Positions 1 through 11,689 of a stretch of DNA of 64,000 bases are shown here, one piece after another. The translations under genes were made by a program, and so were the position numbers. Every line of letters begins with the position of its first letter. Within the stretch, counting starts at the first letter, position 1. The notes below the pieces were generated by a model. That model worked only from the letters and a program-made list of their open reading frames with translations. It made no database searches and was not told the DNA's origin. Source of the stretch: Sphyrna mokarran (lineage: Eukaryota); NCBI GenBank assembly GCA_024679065.1, contig JAGIQG010000011.1, positions 68,758,001-68,822,000 of the forward strand. Reading direction: 5' to 3'.

Positions 1-112
1 AGAAACCCATGCAGACACGGGGGGAACATAAAGACAGTGATCTGAGGCTGGAATTAAACCCCAGGATCCTGGCACTGTGAGGCAGCAGTGCTAATCACTG
101 TGCCACTGTGCC
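1..112 (-). mobile_element. HE1/V-SINE, 5' tRNA-derived head (continues beyond window start)
   Basis: Reverse complement reads GGCACAGTGGCACAGTGATTAGCACTGCTGCCTCACAG...GGTTTAATTCC (A/B boxes), followed by V-domain sequence. Confidence 0.85.
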
Positions 113-170
113 ACGGTGCCATAGATGGCTGCAAGCCTCATTATTATTGCCATAGTAGCTGCAGACGTCT

Positions 171-478
171 AGAATCATCATAGGATCTCTACAGTACAGA
201 AGGAGGCCATTTGGTCCACTGAGTCTGCACTGACCGCAATCTCATCCAAACCCTATTCCCACAACTCCATGCATTTTAACCTGCTATTCCCCCTGACACT
301 AACAGACAATTTAGCATGGCCAATCAACCTAATCTGCACATCTTTGGACTGTGGAGGAAACCGGAGCACCCGGTGTAAACTCACTCAGACAGGGGGAGAA
401 TATGCAAACTCTACACCGACAGTGACACAAGCTGGATTTGAACCTGAGACCTTGGCACTGTGAGGCAGCAGTTCTGCC
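171..478 (-). mobile_element. HE1/V-SINE, near full length
   Basis: tRNA-like head, V domain (ggaggaaaccggagcacccgg on +) and CR1-derived 3' tail (cagtacagaaggaggccatt on +). Confidence 0.9.
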
Positions 479-491
479 CAAGGAATGAACC

Positions 492-808
492 TAGAATCTA
501 CAGAATAGCTACAGAGCATAAGGAGGTAATTTGTCCCATTGGTTCTGCACCATACAGTCCCATCCATGTCCTATTCCAGTAAACCAGTATATTTACTAGC
601 TAATCCTCCTAACTCTAGGATTAATTTAGCATGGCCAATCGACCTAACTCACACATCTTTGGACTGTGGGAAGAAACCGAGCACTCAGAGGTAATCCATG
701 TGGACACGGGGAGAATATGTAAACTCCACAGAGACAGTGACCTGAGGCTGGAATTGAATCAGGTCCCTGGTGCTGTGAGGCAGCAGCACTTGACCCCCAC
801 TGTGCCAC
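492..808 (-). mobile_element. HE1/V-SINE
   Basis: Same head/V-domain/tail organisation as 171-478. Confidence 0.88.
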
Positions 809-1314
809 TCTCAGGAAAAGTGGATCCGAGAAGGTTGAACAATTGCATTGCCAATCGCAGTCCTTAGGGAAGTCCTAAATGGAAGTTGGGGAATGGCTCT
901 GACTATGAAGAGGGAAACTGGAAGGGGCAAAGGAGATTTGTGGTGAACAGAATCAGTAGGGGGATGTGGAAGAATGGTGAAGGACTGATCAATGGCTGCT
1001 AATGGATCACATGCTTTTAAGGTGGAGCTGGGAGAAGCACGAATTTTTCCTCCTGGGTCCACATTAAAGGTGTATTGACTTTTTTTTGGCAGCAACTTGC
1101 ATTTGTCTCTCTAAAGGCTACTTGTTAGGCTGTGAGAGTGAGATGAGGCTTATCCGAGTAGGGCCAATACTGACCACCTCGGGGCAAACAACTGTTGCAA
1201 TGGGCACCCCAAAAAAGTAAGTTATTTGCACTTGCAAGTAAATATATATAGACCAAGATGTAGCAGTCAGTAGCAAAGGAGCAATGCTTTCTATTTACCT
1301 AACAACATAACAGC

Positions 1315-1689
1315 CTAAGAAATACGAGCAGAAGTAGGCCATTTGGCCTTTCAAGCCTGCTTCACCATTCAACAAGGTTATGACTGATCTGATAGGGGCT
1401 TTAACACCACTTTCCTGAGTTCTCCCCCGTAATCATTGATTTGTTTGTCAATCTGAAATCTACCTAGCTCAGCATTGAATATACCCAGTCCAACACCGGC
1501 ATCTCCACATCATTACATCTACTGACCCAGGCTTCACTACTCAATTCCAAACACTGATGACATTCTGAAAGAAGGAAACCCATTATTTTGAAACAATTCT
1601 CCTTAATCATAGATTCTCCCATGAGGGAAATATCGTCTCAGCATTTACCATGTCAAACACTCTTAGAATCATGTACATTTCAACAAGAT
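1315..1689 (-). mobile_element. Old CR1 LINE 3' end (left part, interrupted at 1690)
   Basis: gcagaagtaggccatttggcc...cctgcttcaccattcaa CR1 3' UTR motif; decayed ORF2 end resumes at 3740. Confidence 0.7.
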
Positions 1690-3643
1690 TTGATAATTAT
1701 ATACCCTGTCAGGCAGGAAGGAAATGGTCGAGTAAGAGAGCCTTGGTGTACGAAAAAAGTTGATTTGCTGGTTAAGAAGAAAAAGGAGGCTTATGTCAGG
1801 ATGAGGGTTGAAGGTTCGGTTAGTGCAATGGATAGCTATAGATTAGCCAGGAAGGAGGTAAAAAGTGAATTGAGGAGAGCTAAGAGGGGACACGAGAAGA
1901 TGTTGGCTGATAGGATTAAGGAGAAGCCTAAAGCTTTCTTTCGATATGTTAAGAATAGAAGATTGGTTAGGGCAAGATTAGGGCCAGTCATAGACAGCAG
2001 TGGGAAGTTGTGCGTGAAGCCTGAAGAGATTGGTGAGGCACTGAATAAATATTTCTCTTCGGTATTCATGCAGAGTGCTGGAAATGTAGCTATGGAGATC
2101 ACTGAGGTACAGGGTTGCAAATTGGGAAGTATTGTAGTAGATAGGGAGGATGTGTTAGAAATTCTTGAGGGTTTGAAGTTGGATAAGTCCCCTGGGCCAG
2201 ACGGGATTTACCCTAGTATTCTCTGGGAGGCAAGAGAGGAGATTGCAGAGCCTCTGGCTCTGATCTTCAGGTCCTCGTTGGTTACGGGTGTGGTTCCGGA
2301 GGACTGGAGGATAGCGAATGTGGTCCCGTTGTTCAAGAAGGGGAAGAGAGACCTTACAGGGAATTATAGGCCAGTGAGTCTTTCTTCTGTTGTGGGCAAA
2401 GTATTGGAGAGAATAATTAGGGATAGGATTTATAGTTATTTAGAGAGAAATGCATTGATTGGGGATAGTCAGCATGGTTTTGTGAAGGGTAGGTCGTGCC
2501 TTACTAACCTCATTGAGTTTTTTGAAAAAGTGACTAAGGAGGTGGATGGGGTAAGGCGGTTGATGTGGTATATATGGACTTTAGTAAGGCGTTTGATAAG
2601 GTGGCCCATGGAAGACTTCTACAGAAAATGCAGATGTGTGGACTAGAGGGTGATTTAGCTAATTGGATTAGGAATTGGCTGGCAGATAGAAGACAGAGGG
2701 TGGTGGTTGATGGGAGATATTCATCGTGGGGTTCGGTGACGAGTGGTGTGCCTCAGGGGTCTGTTTTGGGGCCCCTGCTGTTTGTAATTTTTATAAATTA
2801 TCTGGATGAGGGTATTGAGGGATGGATCAGTAAATTTGCAGATGACACTAAAGTCGGTGGAGTGGTAGATAGTGAAGAGGGGGGTTATAGTTTACAGAGT
2901 GAATTGGACAAGTTGCAGAGCTGGGCCGAGAGGTGGCAAATGGAGTTTAATGTGGAAAAGTGTGAGGTAATGCACTTTGGCAGGAACAATAAATGTGTAG
3001 AGTATAGGGCTAATGTAGGGCTCTTAATAGTGTTGAGGAACAGAAGGATCTTGGTGTATGTGTCAATAGATCCCTGAAAGTAGGCAGTCAAGTGGATAAA
3101 GTTGTTAAGAAGGCATATGGAGTCTTAGCTTTTATTGGTAGGGGGATTGAATTTAGGAGCCGCAGCATCATGTTGCAACTGTACACAACTCTAGTGCGGC
3201 CGCACTTGGAGTATTGTGTGCAGTTCTGGTCCCCACATTATAAGAAAGATGTGGATGCATTGGAGAGGGTACAGAGGAGGTTTACCAGGATGTTGCCTGG
3301 TATGGAGGGCAGGTCCTATGAAGGGAGGTTGAAGGATTTGAGGTTGTTTTCGTTAGAAAGGAGGCGGCTAAGAGGGGATCTTATTGAAGCATATAAGATT
3401 ATTAGAGGTTTAGATAGGGTGGACAGTGATAGTCTTTTTCCTAGGATGGAGAAAGCTAGCACGAGGGGACACAGCTTTAAATTAAGGGGTATGAGTTATA
3501 GGACGGATATCATAGGTAGGTTCTTTACTCAAAGAGTGATTAGGGAGTGGAATGCCCTGCCTGCAGCTGTTGTACATGCGCCAAGTTTGGTGGCGTTTAA
3601 GAGGTTAATTGATAAGTATATGGAAGAGAAGGGAATGGTTTAG
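1690..3643 (+). pseudogene. CR1 ORF2 reverse transcriptase, frameshifted near 2550 and 3017
   Basis: ORFs 1588-2646, 2565-3077 and 3092-3643 are consecutive pieces of one RT/C-terminal region; the endonuclease domain is absent. Confidence 0.92.
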
Positions 3644-3739
3644 TTTGGAGGGGCATTGCTTTTTTATTTTGGTCGGCACAACATCGAAGGCCGAAGGGCC
3701 TGTTCTGTGCTGTAATGTTCTATGTTCTATGTTCTATGT
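1690..3739 (+). mobile_element. Young 5'-truncated CR1 (HER1-like) LINE
   Basis: RT motifs [59 protein letters not shown]; 3' (TTCTATG)n tail; AAGAT duplicated at 1685-1689 and 3740-3744. Confidence 0.95.
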
Positions 3740-4365
3740 AAGATCCCCTCTAATTCTTTGAAAATCAATGAATATAAGCTCAACCTGTTCAACTATTCCT
3801 TGCAAAGCAAATCCCTCATCCCAGGAATCAGACCAGTAACCTAATCTGAACTATTTCCAATGCAAGTATGTCCTTTCTTGAGTAAAGTGCCAAACTGTCT
3901 GCAATACTCCACAGGGTGGCAGGTGGCACAATGGTTCGCAACGCTGCCTCACAGTGCCAGGGACCCATGTTTGATTGCGGGCTTGGCACATATCTACGTG
4001 GAGTTTGTATGTTCGCCCTGTGTCTGCGTGGGTTTTCTCTGAGTGCTTTGGTTTCCTCCTACAGCCAGAAAGATATGTTGGTTAATGCTCAATTGGCCAT
4101 GCTAAATTTTCCCACGGTGTGCCTGAACAGGTGTCAGTTGATGGCAACTAGGGCATTTTCACAGTAACATCATTATAGCGTAAATGTAAGCGTACTTATG
4201 ACTAATAAATAAACTTATTTAACTTTTTTTGGATGGCCACATCAGTATCCTGTGGAGCTGTAGCAAGCTGTCTCCATCTTTCACTCTTCTAAACTTCCTG
4301 CCAAACCGACAAGCTCACATATTCCCACATTTAACTCCATTTGCCAAATGTTCATCCATTTACTG
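3740..4365 (-). mobile_element. Old CR1 LINE (continuation of 1315-1689), interrupted by SINE 3915-4222
   Basis: Decayed ORF2 on minus, e.g. SKWMNIWQMELNVGICE in ORF 4281-4484. Confidence 0.65.
3915..4222 (+). mobile_element. V-SINE with alternative 3' tail
   Basis: tRNA head plus V domain, then gcattttcacagtaac...gtaag...tgactaataaataaactt instead of the CR1 tail. Confidence 0.85.
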
Positions 4366-4424
4366 AGGAGGACATCTTTCCCAACCACAACTTTTCTCCC
4401 CCCACTCCCTGCCTTGCTTTGCGT

Positions 4425-5379
4425 AGAACATATAACATTACAGCGCAGAACAGGCCCTTCGGCCTTCGATGTTGCGCCGACCAATTAACAAAAAGCAACG
4501 ACCGTCTAACCTAAACCATTCCCTTTTCGTCCATAAACTTATCTACTAACCTCTTAAACGCCGCCAAACTTGGCGCATCTACAACTGACGCAGGCAGGGC
4601 ATTCCATACCCTTACCACCCTCTGGGTAAAGAACCTACCTCTGACATCCATCCTATAACTACCACCCCTTACTTTAAAGCTATGTCCCCTCGTGCTAGCT
4701 TTCTCCATCCTAGGAAAAAGGCTATCACTGTCCACCCTGTCTAAACCTCTAATCATCTTATATGTTTCAATAAGGTCTCCTCTTAGCCGCCTTCTTTCTA
4801 ACGAAAACAACCTCAAATCCCTCAGCCTCTATGTTCTATGTTCTCTCCTCGTAAGACCTGCCCTCCATACCAGGCAACATCCTGGTAAACCTCCTCTGTA
4901 CCCTCTCCAATGCCTCCACATCTTTCTTATAATACGGGGACCAGAACTGCACACAATACTCCAAGTGCGGCCGCACTAGAGTTTTGTACAGTTGCAACAT
5001 GACGTTGTGGCTCCGAAATTCAATCCCCCTACCAATAAAAGCTAAGACTCCATATGCCTTCTTAACAACCTTATCAACTTGATTGCCAACTTTCAGGGAT
5101 CTATTAACATATACACCAAGATCCCTCTGATCATCAACACTATTGAGAGTCCTACCATTAGCCCTATACTCTACACATATGTTATTCCTGCCAAAGTGCA
5201 TTACCTCACACTTTTCCACATTAAACTCCATTTGCCACCTCTCGGCCCACCTCTGCAACTTGTCCAAGGCTCTCTGCAAACTATAACACCCCTCTTCACT
5301 ATCTACCATTCCTCCGACTTTGGTGTCATCCGCAAATTTACTAATCCATCCTTCAATGCACTCATCCAGATCATTTCTA
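4425..5379 (-). mobile_element. Young 5'-truncated CR1 LINE
   Basis: ORFs 4836-5309 and 4511-4816 ([29 protein letters not shown]); tail agaacatataacat; TTGCGTAG at 4419-4426 and 5380-5387. Confidence 0.95.
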
Positions 5380-5834
5380 TTGCGTAGGCACTAAAAAACA
5401 AACACAGTACGTGGGAATTCCTCACTAGGCTGTTAAGCATTTCGGACATCCAGCCCCTGATTTTTCCAGCATGGGCACTCCGAAATCAGGGTGGGTGAGC
5501 CTCACAAAACAGCATTTCCCGTTGGCCTCGGGTATGATCCTACGAGCCTCAGGAGGCTGTGCCAATAAAATCAAGGCTCCAGATTGTCTCAAGTGTGCTA
5601 TATGAATCAAAATTCTCTTCTCTCTTTTTAGACATTGTGAGGCAGCATACAATTCACCAGCTAATTGAATTCAGTAGACAACTGTTGTGAACTACAAATT
5701 ACTGAACTGCTAAAAATAGTAATAAATCTTTACTACATTAGGATTTTATATAGCATTAAACTAAACAAAGAATCATGATGTACATGGTAGATGTGTAGAA
5801 TTTTGTTAAATGAACACATGATTAGTGTAGGAAA

Positions 5835-5960
5835 CAACAATTTATGTTACTATAGTATATTTAACATAATAAGTAAAATTTCCAAAAGCATTTCACAGGA
5901 GAATTACAGAACAAAATATGATGAATTTATGGGCTTAAAATCAAATAAGGCCAATTAAGA
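5835..5960 (-). mobile_element. Decayed L2-type LINE 3' end
   Basis: Resembles 16734-16935 (aacaattt...tatagtatatttaacata...tccaaaagcatttcacaggag). Confidence 0.4.
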
Positions 5961-6194
5961 GGTAGTGAGATTTTGATATATGATTATCCTGATTGATAAT
6001 GTGCAGGTTGGAGACAAACTGTTTACTTGATAATTTTCATAAAGTGATAGAGCAGTAGACAAGGGAGATGCTTTTCCCTCCAACATAAGGTCTGAAGTGG
6101 ATATCATCATTAATGATTGACTGATTTTTGAGTATCACTCTTCTTAGATACTAAAGCAGTTGTTGTCCATTTTCAGTAAGAGTTGGACAAAAAT

Positions 6195-6895
6195 CAGACT
6201 TGGGCTGATGAGTAACGTGCTGCCAAAGGAGGCCTGGTGAATTGCTGCAGTGCATTATGTATGTAGTACACACTGCTGCCATGATACATCGGTAGTGGAG
6301 GGAGTGAAGGTTTGTGGATGCAGTGCCAGTTACATAAACTGCTTTGTCCTGTATGGTTTTGAGCTTCTTGAGTGTTTTTAGAACTGCATTCATCTAGCAA
6401 GTGGAGAATATTCTATCACACTCCTGATTTGTATCTTGTTGTTGGTCACAGACTTTGGAAGTCAGGAGATATGCTATTTGCCACAGGATTCTTAACCTCT
6501 GACCTGCCCTGGAAAGCACAGATTTATATAACTAGTTCATTTCTGTTTCTGGTCCATGGCATCTCCAGGATGTTGATAGTTGGGGATTCAGCAATGGTAA
6601 TGCCATTGAATGTCAAGAAACAACCGTCAGTTTCTCTCTTTAGTGGAGATGGTCATTGCCTGGTACTTGAGGGGTGTCAATGTTACTTGCCACTTGTCTG
6701 CCAATCCCTACATATTGTCCAGGGCTTGCTGCTTTTAAACATGGATGACTTCAGTATCTGAGGAGTCACAAATGGAGTTAATGTTGTGGAATCATCTGTA
6801 AACATCCCTATATCTGACCTTATGATGAAAAGAAGGTCATCGATGAAGCGTCAGAAGATTGTTGGACCAAGGACACCGCTCTGAGGAATTCTGAG
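6195..6895 (-). mobile_element. Second CR1/L2-group LINE family (Crack/Daphne-like), RT C-terminal fragment
   Basis: LKKLKTIQDKAV...LHSLHYRCIMAAVCT in ORF 6151-6393; same family as 20795-21500 and 52255-53550; clade name is tentative. Confidence 0.75.
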
Positions 6896-7223
6896 TATTG
6901 CAGTATGACTGAGGTCAAAAGATCACCACTTGCTCTCACACGTATCTTGCTTGCTGCCATCACAAGTGCTCATGCCAGTATTCAAAGAGGGTTTTAGGTT
7001 TTGACAGTACACCAGTAATTTCTCCTCCAATAGTACTGCATTTAAGCTGCTGTCAAAAAGGAGTAGTTGCTTGAGAGAAGCTAAATTTTTGTGTGAGGCT
7101 TTCTGTGTGGTCAGCACTGAGTGCAGTTAGCTCACTGCTAACTGCAAAACCTGGGCCAGTAATGAACAAAAAAATATTTCAGTGGTGACAGCATTCATCA
7201 CACTGTTAGTTAAAATTCTTCTG

Positions 7224-7400
7224 ACTCACAACACAAGGTTAAAATCCAATAGGTTTATTTGGAATCATGAGCTTTCAGAGAGCTGTGCCTTCCTCAGTTG
7301 AGGAAGCTTATGATTGCAAATAAAACTGCTGGACTTTAACTTGGTGTTGTGAGACTTCTTGCTGTGCCCACACCAGTCCAATGCCAGCATCTCCACATTG
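7224..7400. mobile_element. Penelope-like terminal repeat in inverted (hairpin) arrangement
   Basis: ctcacaacacaaggttaaaatccaataggtttatttggaatc is the approximate reverse complement of gattgcaaataaaactgctggactttaacttggtgttgtgag; the right arm matches the 3' end of the PLE at 20250-20337. Confidence 0.75.
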
Positions 7401-7427
7401 TTATTCTGACTCCTATGAGATATTCAC

Positions 7428-7755
7428 TCATAGAATCATAGAATTCTACAATGCAGAAGGAGGCCATTCAGCCCATCAAGTCTGCACCGACCACATTCCC
7501 ATCAAAGCCCTATCAGCATAATCTCATGCATTTATCCTATTTGTCCCCTGACACAAAAAAGGCAACTTAGCAGGCCAATCCACCTAACCTGCACATCTTT
7601 GGACTGTGGGAGGAAACCAGAGCACTCGGAGAAAATCCACACAGACACCGGCAGAATGTGCAAACTTCACAGAGGCAGTGACCCAAAGCCAAGAATCAAA
7701 CTCAGGCCCCTGGCACTGTGAGGCAGCAGTGCTAACTACTGTGCCACTGTGGCAT
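7428..7755 (-). mobile_element. HE1/V-SINE, full length
   Basis: catagaatcatagaa tail, V domain and tRNA head. Confidence 0.92.
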
Positions 7756-8449
7756 CCTTTATTAAGATTAAGAGGTGTTCTTTGGTGACTGGCTTTAAAA
7801 TTGGCCATGCATATGGATAACCCAGAGTAAGATAGTAAACTAATATTTAAACTAAATATTTCTGAGCTGATAAATTACATCTCTTTGTCCATTCCAATTA
7901 AACATCTATAGCCAAATTTCCTAGCTTAAAATTGTTGCTTCCTGTAAAAATTAACAATCACTAATGGAAATGGAAAAAGCAGAAGTTTTTAAACATGAAC
8001 ATTTTTTGTAAATGGAAATTCACTCACAAGGTTGATGATTTTATCCACTCTAATGATCATTTAATCTTCCTCAAGCAGTAAATGAGCCACAACCGGTATA
8101 AATGTCAGGAAGCTAATTGAACATTTATCATAGAATAGAACTAAATGACAAAAGGGTCCCAGTGAAATCTGCAGTGGAGCACCAAAAAGACATGTTGCAG
8201 TGCTGGAGCATACTCATTGGAATCAAAGATTAGCAGGGAGAACGGTGACTGAACAATATGCTGCCTTGACAGAAGAAATAGTGTAAGTTGAGTCGATATA
8301 TGTTCCTATAACAGGAAAAGATAGGGCAAACAAACTCATAATTCCTTGGATAACAAAAAAGAAAAAGATGAAACAGAACAAATGTGCTTGTAACAATGTC
8401 AAGTGGATAACACAATTTAGAACCACACCAAATAAAGCAAGGTCCAAGA

Positions 8450-8545
8450 CACAAACAAAAATTGCTAGAAAATCTCGTCAGGTCCAACAGCATCTGTGGA
8501 GAGAGAATAGAGCCAATGTTTTGGGTCATGATGAAGATTCAGAGG
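8450..8545 (-). mobile_element. Short Penelope-derived terminal repeat
   Basis: tgctagaaaatctc..caggtcc..cagcatctgtggagagagaa shared with 44055, 48600 and 55600. Confidence 0.65.
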
Positions 8546-8599
8546 GAGCTTGGTAAAGTGAGTGAGAGAAACAAAAATACAGTATGAGGAGAGACTAAC

Positions 8600-9350
8600 A
8601 GCTAACATAAAAGGGAATCCAAAACTCCAGTACAAGCATTCAAACAGTAAAAGGGTGCTGAGAGGGGGAGTGGGCCGTTAGTAATCAAAAAGAGGATTTA
8701 CATATGGAGGCAAGGGGCATGGCTGAAGTATTAAAGTATTACTTAAGATAGAAGGTTCTCAGGAAAGAGGAAGTAGTTCAGCCATTTAAAGGGTTAAAAA
8801 GAGAAGCTTTAAGTTGACTGCTTGGTCTTCAGGAGGCATCAAGACCCGATGAGATGCATCCAAGGTACTGATGGAAGTGAGCATTGAAAGTGCAGATGCA
8901 CCAGTCATAATTTTCCAGCCTTCTGTAGACTAAGATGCCAGAGGTCTGCAAACTGTAAATCTTAAACCCCTGTTGAAAAAATGTGTACATTTTGAGAAAG
9001 TGCAGCAATTACAGATCACTCAGTTTAACCTTGATGGGGAAGCTTTTAGAAATTGTAGCATGTATGTGGGGAGCTGATGAGCTAATGTAGGTGTACATGG
9101 AGTTCCAAAAGGGATTTGATAAAGAGCCACCCAACTGACTTGTGAACAAATTTACAGCTAATAGAATGAGAGGAACAGTAGCATCATGGATATAAAATTA
9201 GTTGAATGACAAGAAACCAAGGCTAATGGCGAATGATTGTTTCTAAATTTGAGAAAAAGTTATCTTGAAGTTTCCAAGGGATTAGTGGAAGGACCCTGCT
9301 TCTTATGTGTATTGACCTAGACATTCAGTATACTGCACAATTTCAAAATG
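8600..9350 (+). mobile_element. Old, heavily decayed CR1 ORF2 fragment
   Basis: Remnants of PD.MHP, NYR..SL and VYM.F.K.FDK motifs with many stops. Confidence 0.7.
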
Positions 9351-9364
9351 TATCTGATCATATA

Positions 9365-9510
9365 ACACAGAAACATAGAAGATAGGTGCAGGAGGAAGCC
9401 ATTTGGCCCTTTGAGCCTGTCCTGCCATTCATTACAATCATGGCTAGTCATCCAACTCAATAGCCTAATCCTGCTTTCTCCCCATAACCTTCAATTCCAA
9501 TTGCCCATTC
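9365..9510 (-). mobile_element. CR1 3' end fragment
   Basis: acagaaacatagaagatagg...ggaagccatttggccc tail/3' UTR. Confidence 0.7.
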
Positions 9511-9857
9511 GTATGGGGAGGGGAGCTCCTGAGACTTCTGTGGTTTAGGGGAAAGGTTAATGCAAGTTAAAGAACACCCCTTTTTCTGTGCAGCCAAATT
9601 TTGCCAATGTGTTTAGGCCCCAACCCACTGTCTGATAACATGAACTACACTCCCTTGATTTTTTTTGGCATTGTATTGCAAGATCTGGAGAGAAACCCGA
9701 CCTGTGTCTCTCGAGAGAAACACATCGGTTTTCTCGGCAGAAACATCACTCTGCCAATTTTTTGGTAAAATTTAGCCCAAACACATAAATCACAAAAAAT
9801 TGCAACACAGATTATTATGGCCAGGAGAAAAACAAATATGTAGAACATAAACAAAAA

Positions 9858-10078
9858 CAAGTTCCTCTCCAAGTCACAGACCATCTTGACTTGGGAATGT
9901 GTTACTATACTTTCAATGTTGCTGGGTCAATATACTGAAACACCGCGTGCATCTCTACACCACATGGGCCGCAGCAGTTCAAGAAGATAGCTCACCACCA
10001 CCTTCTCAATGTCAATTAGGGAAGGACAATAAATGCTGGTCTAGCTAGTGACACTCAGATCCCAAGAACAAATCAAAA
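9858..10078 (+). mobile_element. Second LINE family 3' end
   Basis: caagttcctctccaagtcacagaccatcttgacttgg...caattaggga...aataaatgctgg...gatcccaagaac. Confidence 0.75.
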
Positions 10079-10084
10079 CACTGA

Positions 10085-10660
10085 GCTTTATTTCTAGAGA
10101 TCGAGAATTGAAAAGTAGGGAGATTAGGTTAATCTTACATTAAAATTTGATTAGACAACATTTAACGTATTGTGTCTCATCTGACTACATGTTATATAAG
10201 TATCTTGCACTTCACTGCATGCAAAGAAGACTTATAAGGATGATATTAGAACTGCAAAATCACACCATCAAGGAGGGTGAAGAGATTAAGGCTCTTTACA
10301 ATTAAAAATAACAAGCTGAGGGATGATCTAATAATTTTTTTTTAAATCATGAAAGATTTTAATAGAGAATATGTTCCCAAGAACAAAACTAGAGGTCAAT
10401 GATGTAAGATAATCACCATAAAGAATAACTGAACAGTTCAGAAGGAACTTTTGAGATCAATTAGAATGTGGAACATACCACCTCAGGAGTGTTAAGATGA
10501 ATATACAGATGCATTTGGTGGAAGCTGGATAAGCATATGAAGGACAAGTTAAGACAGCTAATAATGTTCAATGAGGGAGAATAGGAAGAGGCTCAAGTGG
10601 AACATAAATGCCTGCAGGAAAGGTCTGACTGAGGGCTGCATATTCCCCTAGTTCTACATA
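10085..10660 (+). mobile_element. Old CR1 3' part (probably continues 8600-9350)
   Basis: Decayed I.R.IE.KSRE, LIR.HL.YC and LRDDLI motifs plus 3' UTR. Confidence 0.6.
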
Positions 10661-11689
10661 ATACTCAAGGCAGCCCTGCAGCACAACACACACGCGTGCC
10701 TTTCCTTTCAAGTTCTGTTTCAAGGATATCCCAAGGCCAGCATTCTAAAATACATTCTTTTCTTTTCTCTAGATTTCTTTAAAAAATTGCTGACAGATGT
10801 TGCTATCAGATCCTAAGTCTCTCATCACATCCAAAGCATCCAATCCTCTGCACAAGTAAACGTGACTGAGAGGTGCAGATCCATTAGTCCGATAGGCCTG
10901 TCCCCCATTGTACTGTGTAGCAAAAGGCATCATAGCTGACATCATTGGAGTCAATGCAATCTCAAGCCAAAGAACAAGGGGCAGGAAACAAGGGGCTGAA
11001 TAGTTTTTAATCTTGCAGCCAGCTGACTCACCCAGTTGAGTGTTCTATGCATCATCAAGGACTGCCTCCTGCAGCCCACTATCTGATCACTCTGGAATGG
11101 ACACATCTGGAATATCCCTGCCTGCAAGACAGGTTCCAGGTAAATGCTGATTTGCCACTTTGAAAAAAAATAGTCAGGACCACAGGGAAAAGAAAGGGAG
11201 TAGTTCAAGGTGAATTTCTCTTAAAGTGAGATAGCACAAACATAGCAGCCCAAATGGTCTCCTGTGATTCTGGGATCTGTTGTATTCCTTCAAAAATGAA
11301 TTTGACCTCAATCTAGTTAGGATGGCATTCACTTCATTCAAGATGTAGGTCAGGGTCTATATAATCTCCTGGACTAGATTTCATGGGATTGTGAGAGGAC
11401 CTTTCAAAGTTTTTTTCGAATCTGTCCTGCTTTTTACAATTCTTATTGAGCTGAGAGACTTGGGCCTCAGAAATGAATTTCATAGCTCAGCAGGAGCAAC
11501 TCATACAGTGATTTAAGAGCACACTAAATAGCCTGCAACTGTTGTATGAGTACCTGAACACGCTGTAGAACATTATGTGTGGCTATTTTAGCACAGCGTC
11601 CCCTGATCAAGTTTAAGTACAGTTTCCAAGTGATACGGGAAGGAAAGGTAGAAATTGTGTAGGCTGTTTGCATGAGCACAGGTGAATAA

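Noticed and set aside
1588-2646. 352-aa ORF as a functional gene
   Set aside because: It is a CR1 ORF2 fragment. The start lies in flanking DNA, there is no endonuclease domain, and it frameshifts inside the RT.
9688-9736. Imperfect palindrome centred on CTCGAG as an independent hairpin RNA
   Set aside because: It lies in the subterminal region of the large TIR family, so it is better explained as element structure.
10750-10860. Strong-looking splice acceptor (tcttttcttttctctag) with a possible short exon
   Set aside because: All three frames stop within 15 codons and no partner exons were found.
10960-11160. Possible Harbinger transposase remnant (DHSG..HLEYP)
   Set aside because: Similarity too weak to support without BLASTX.
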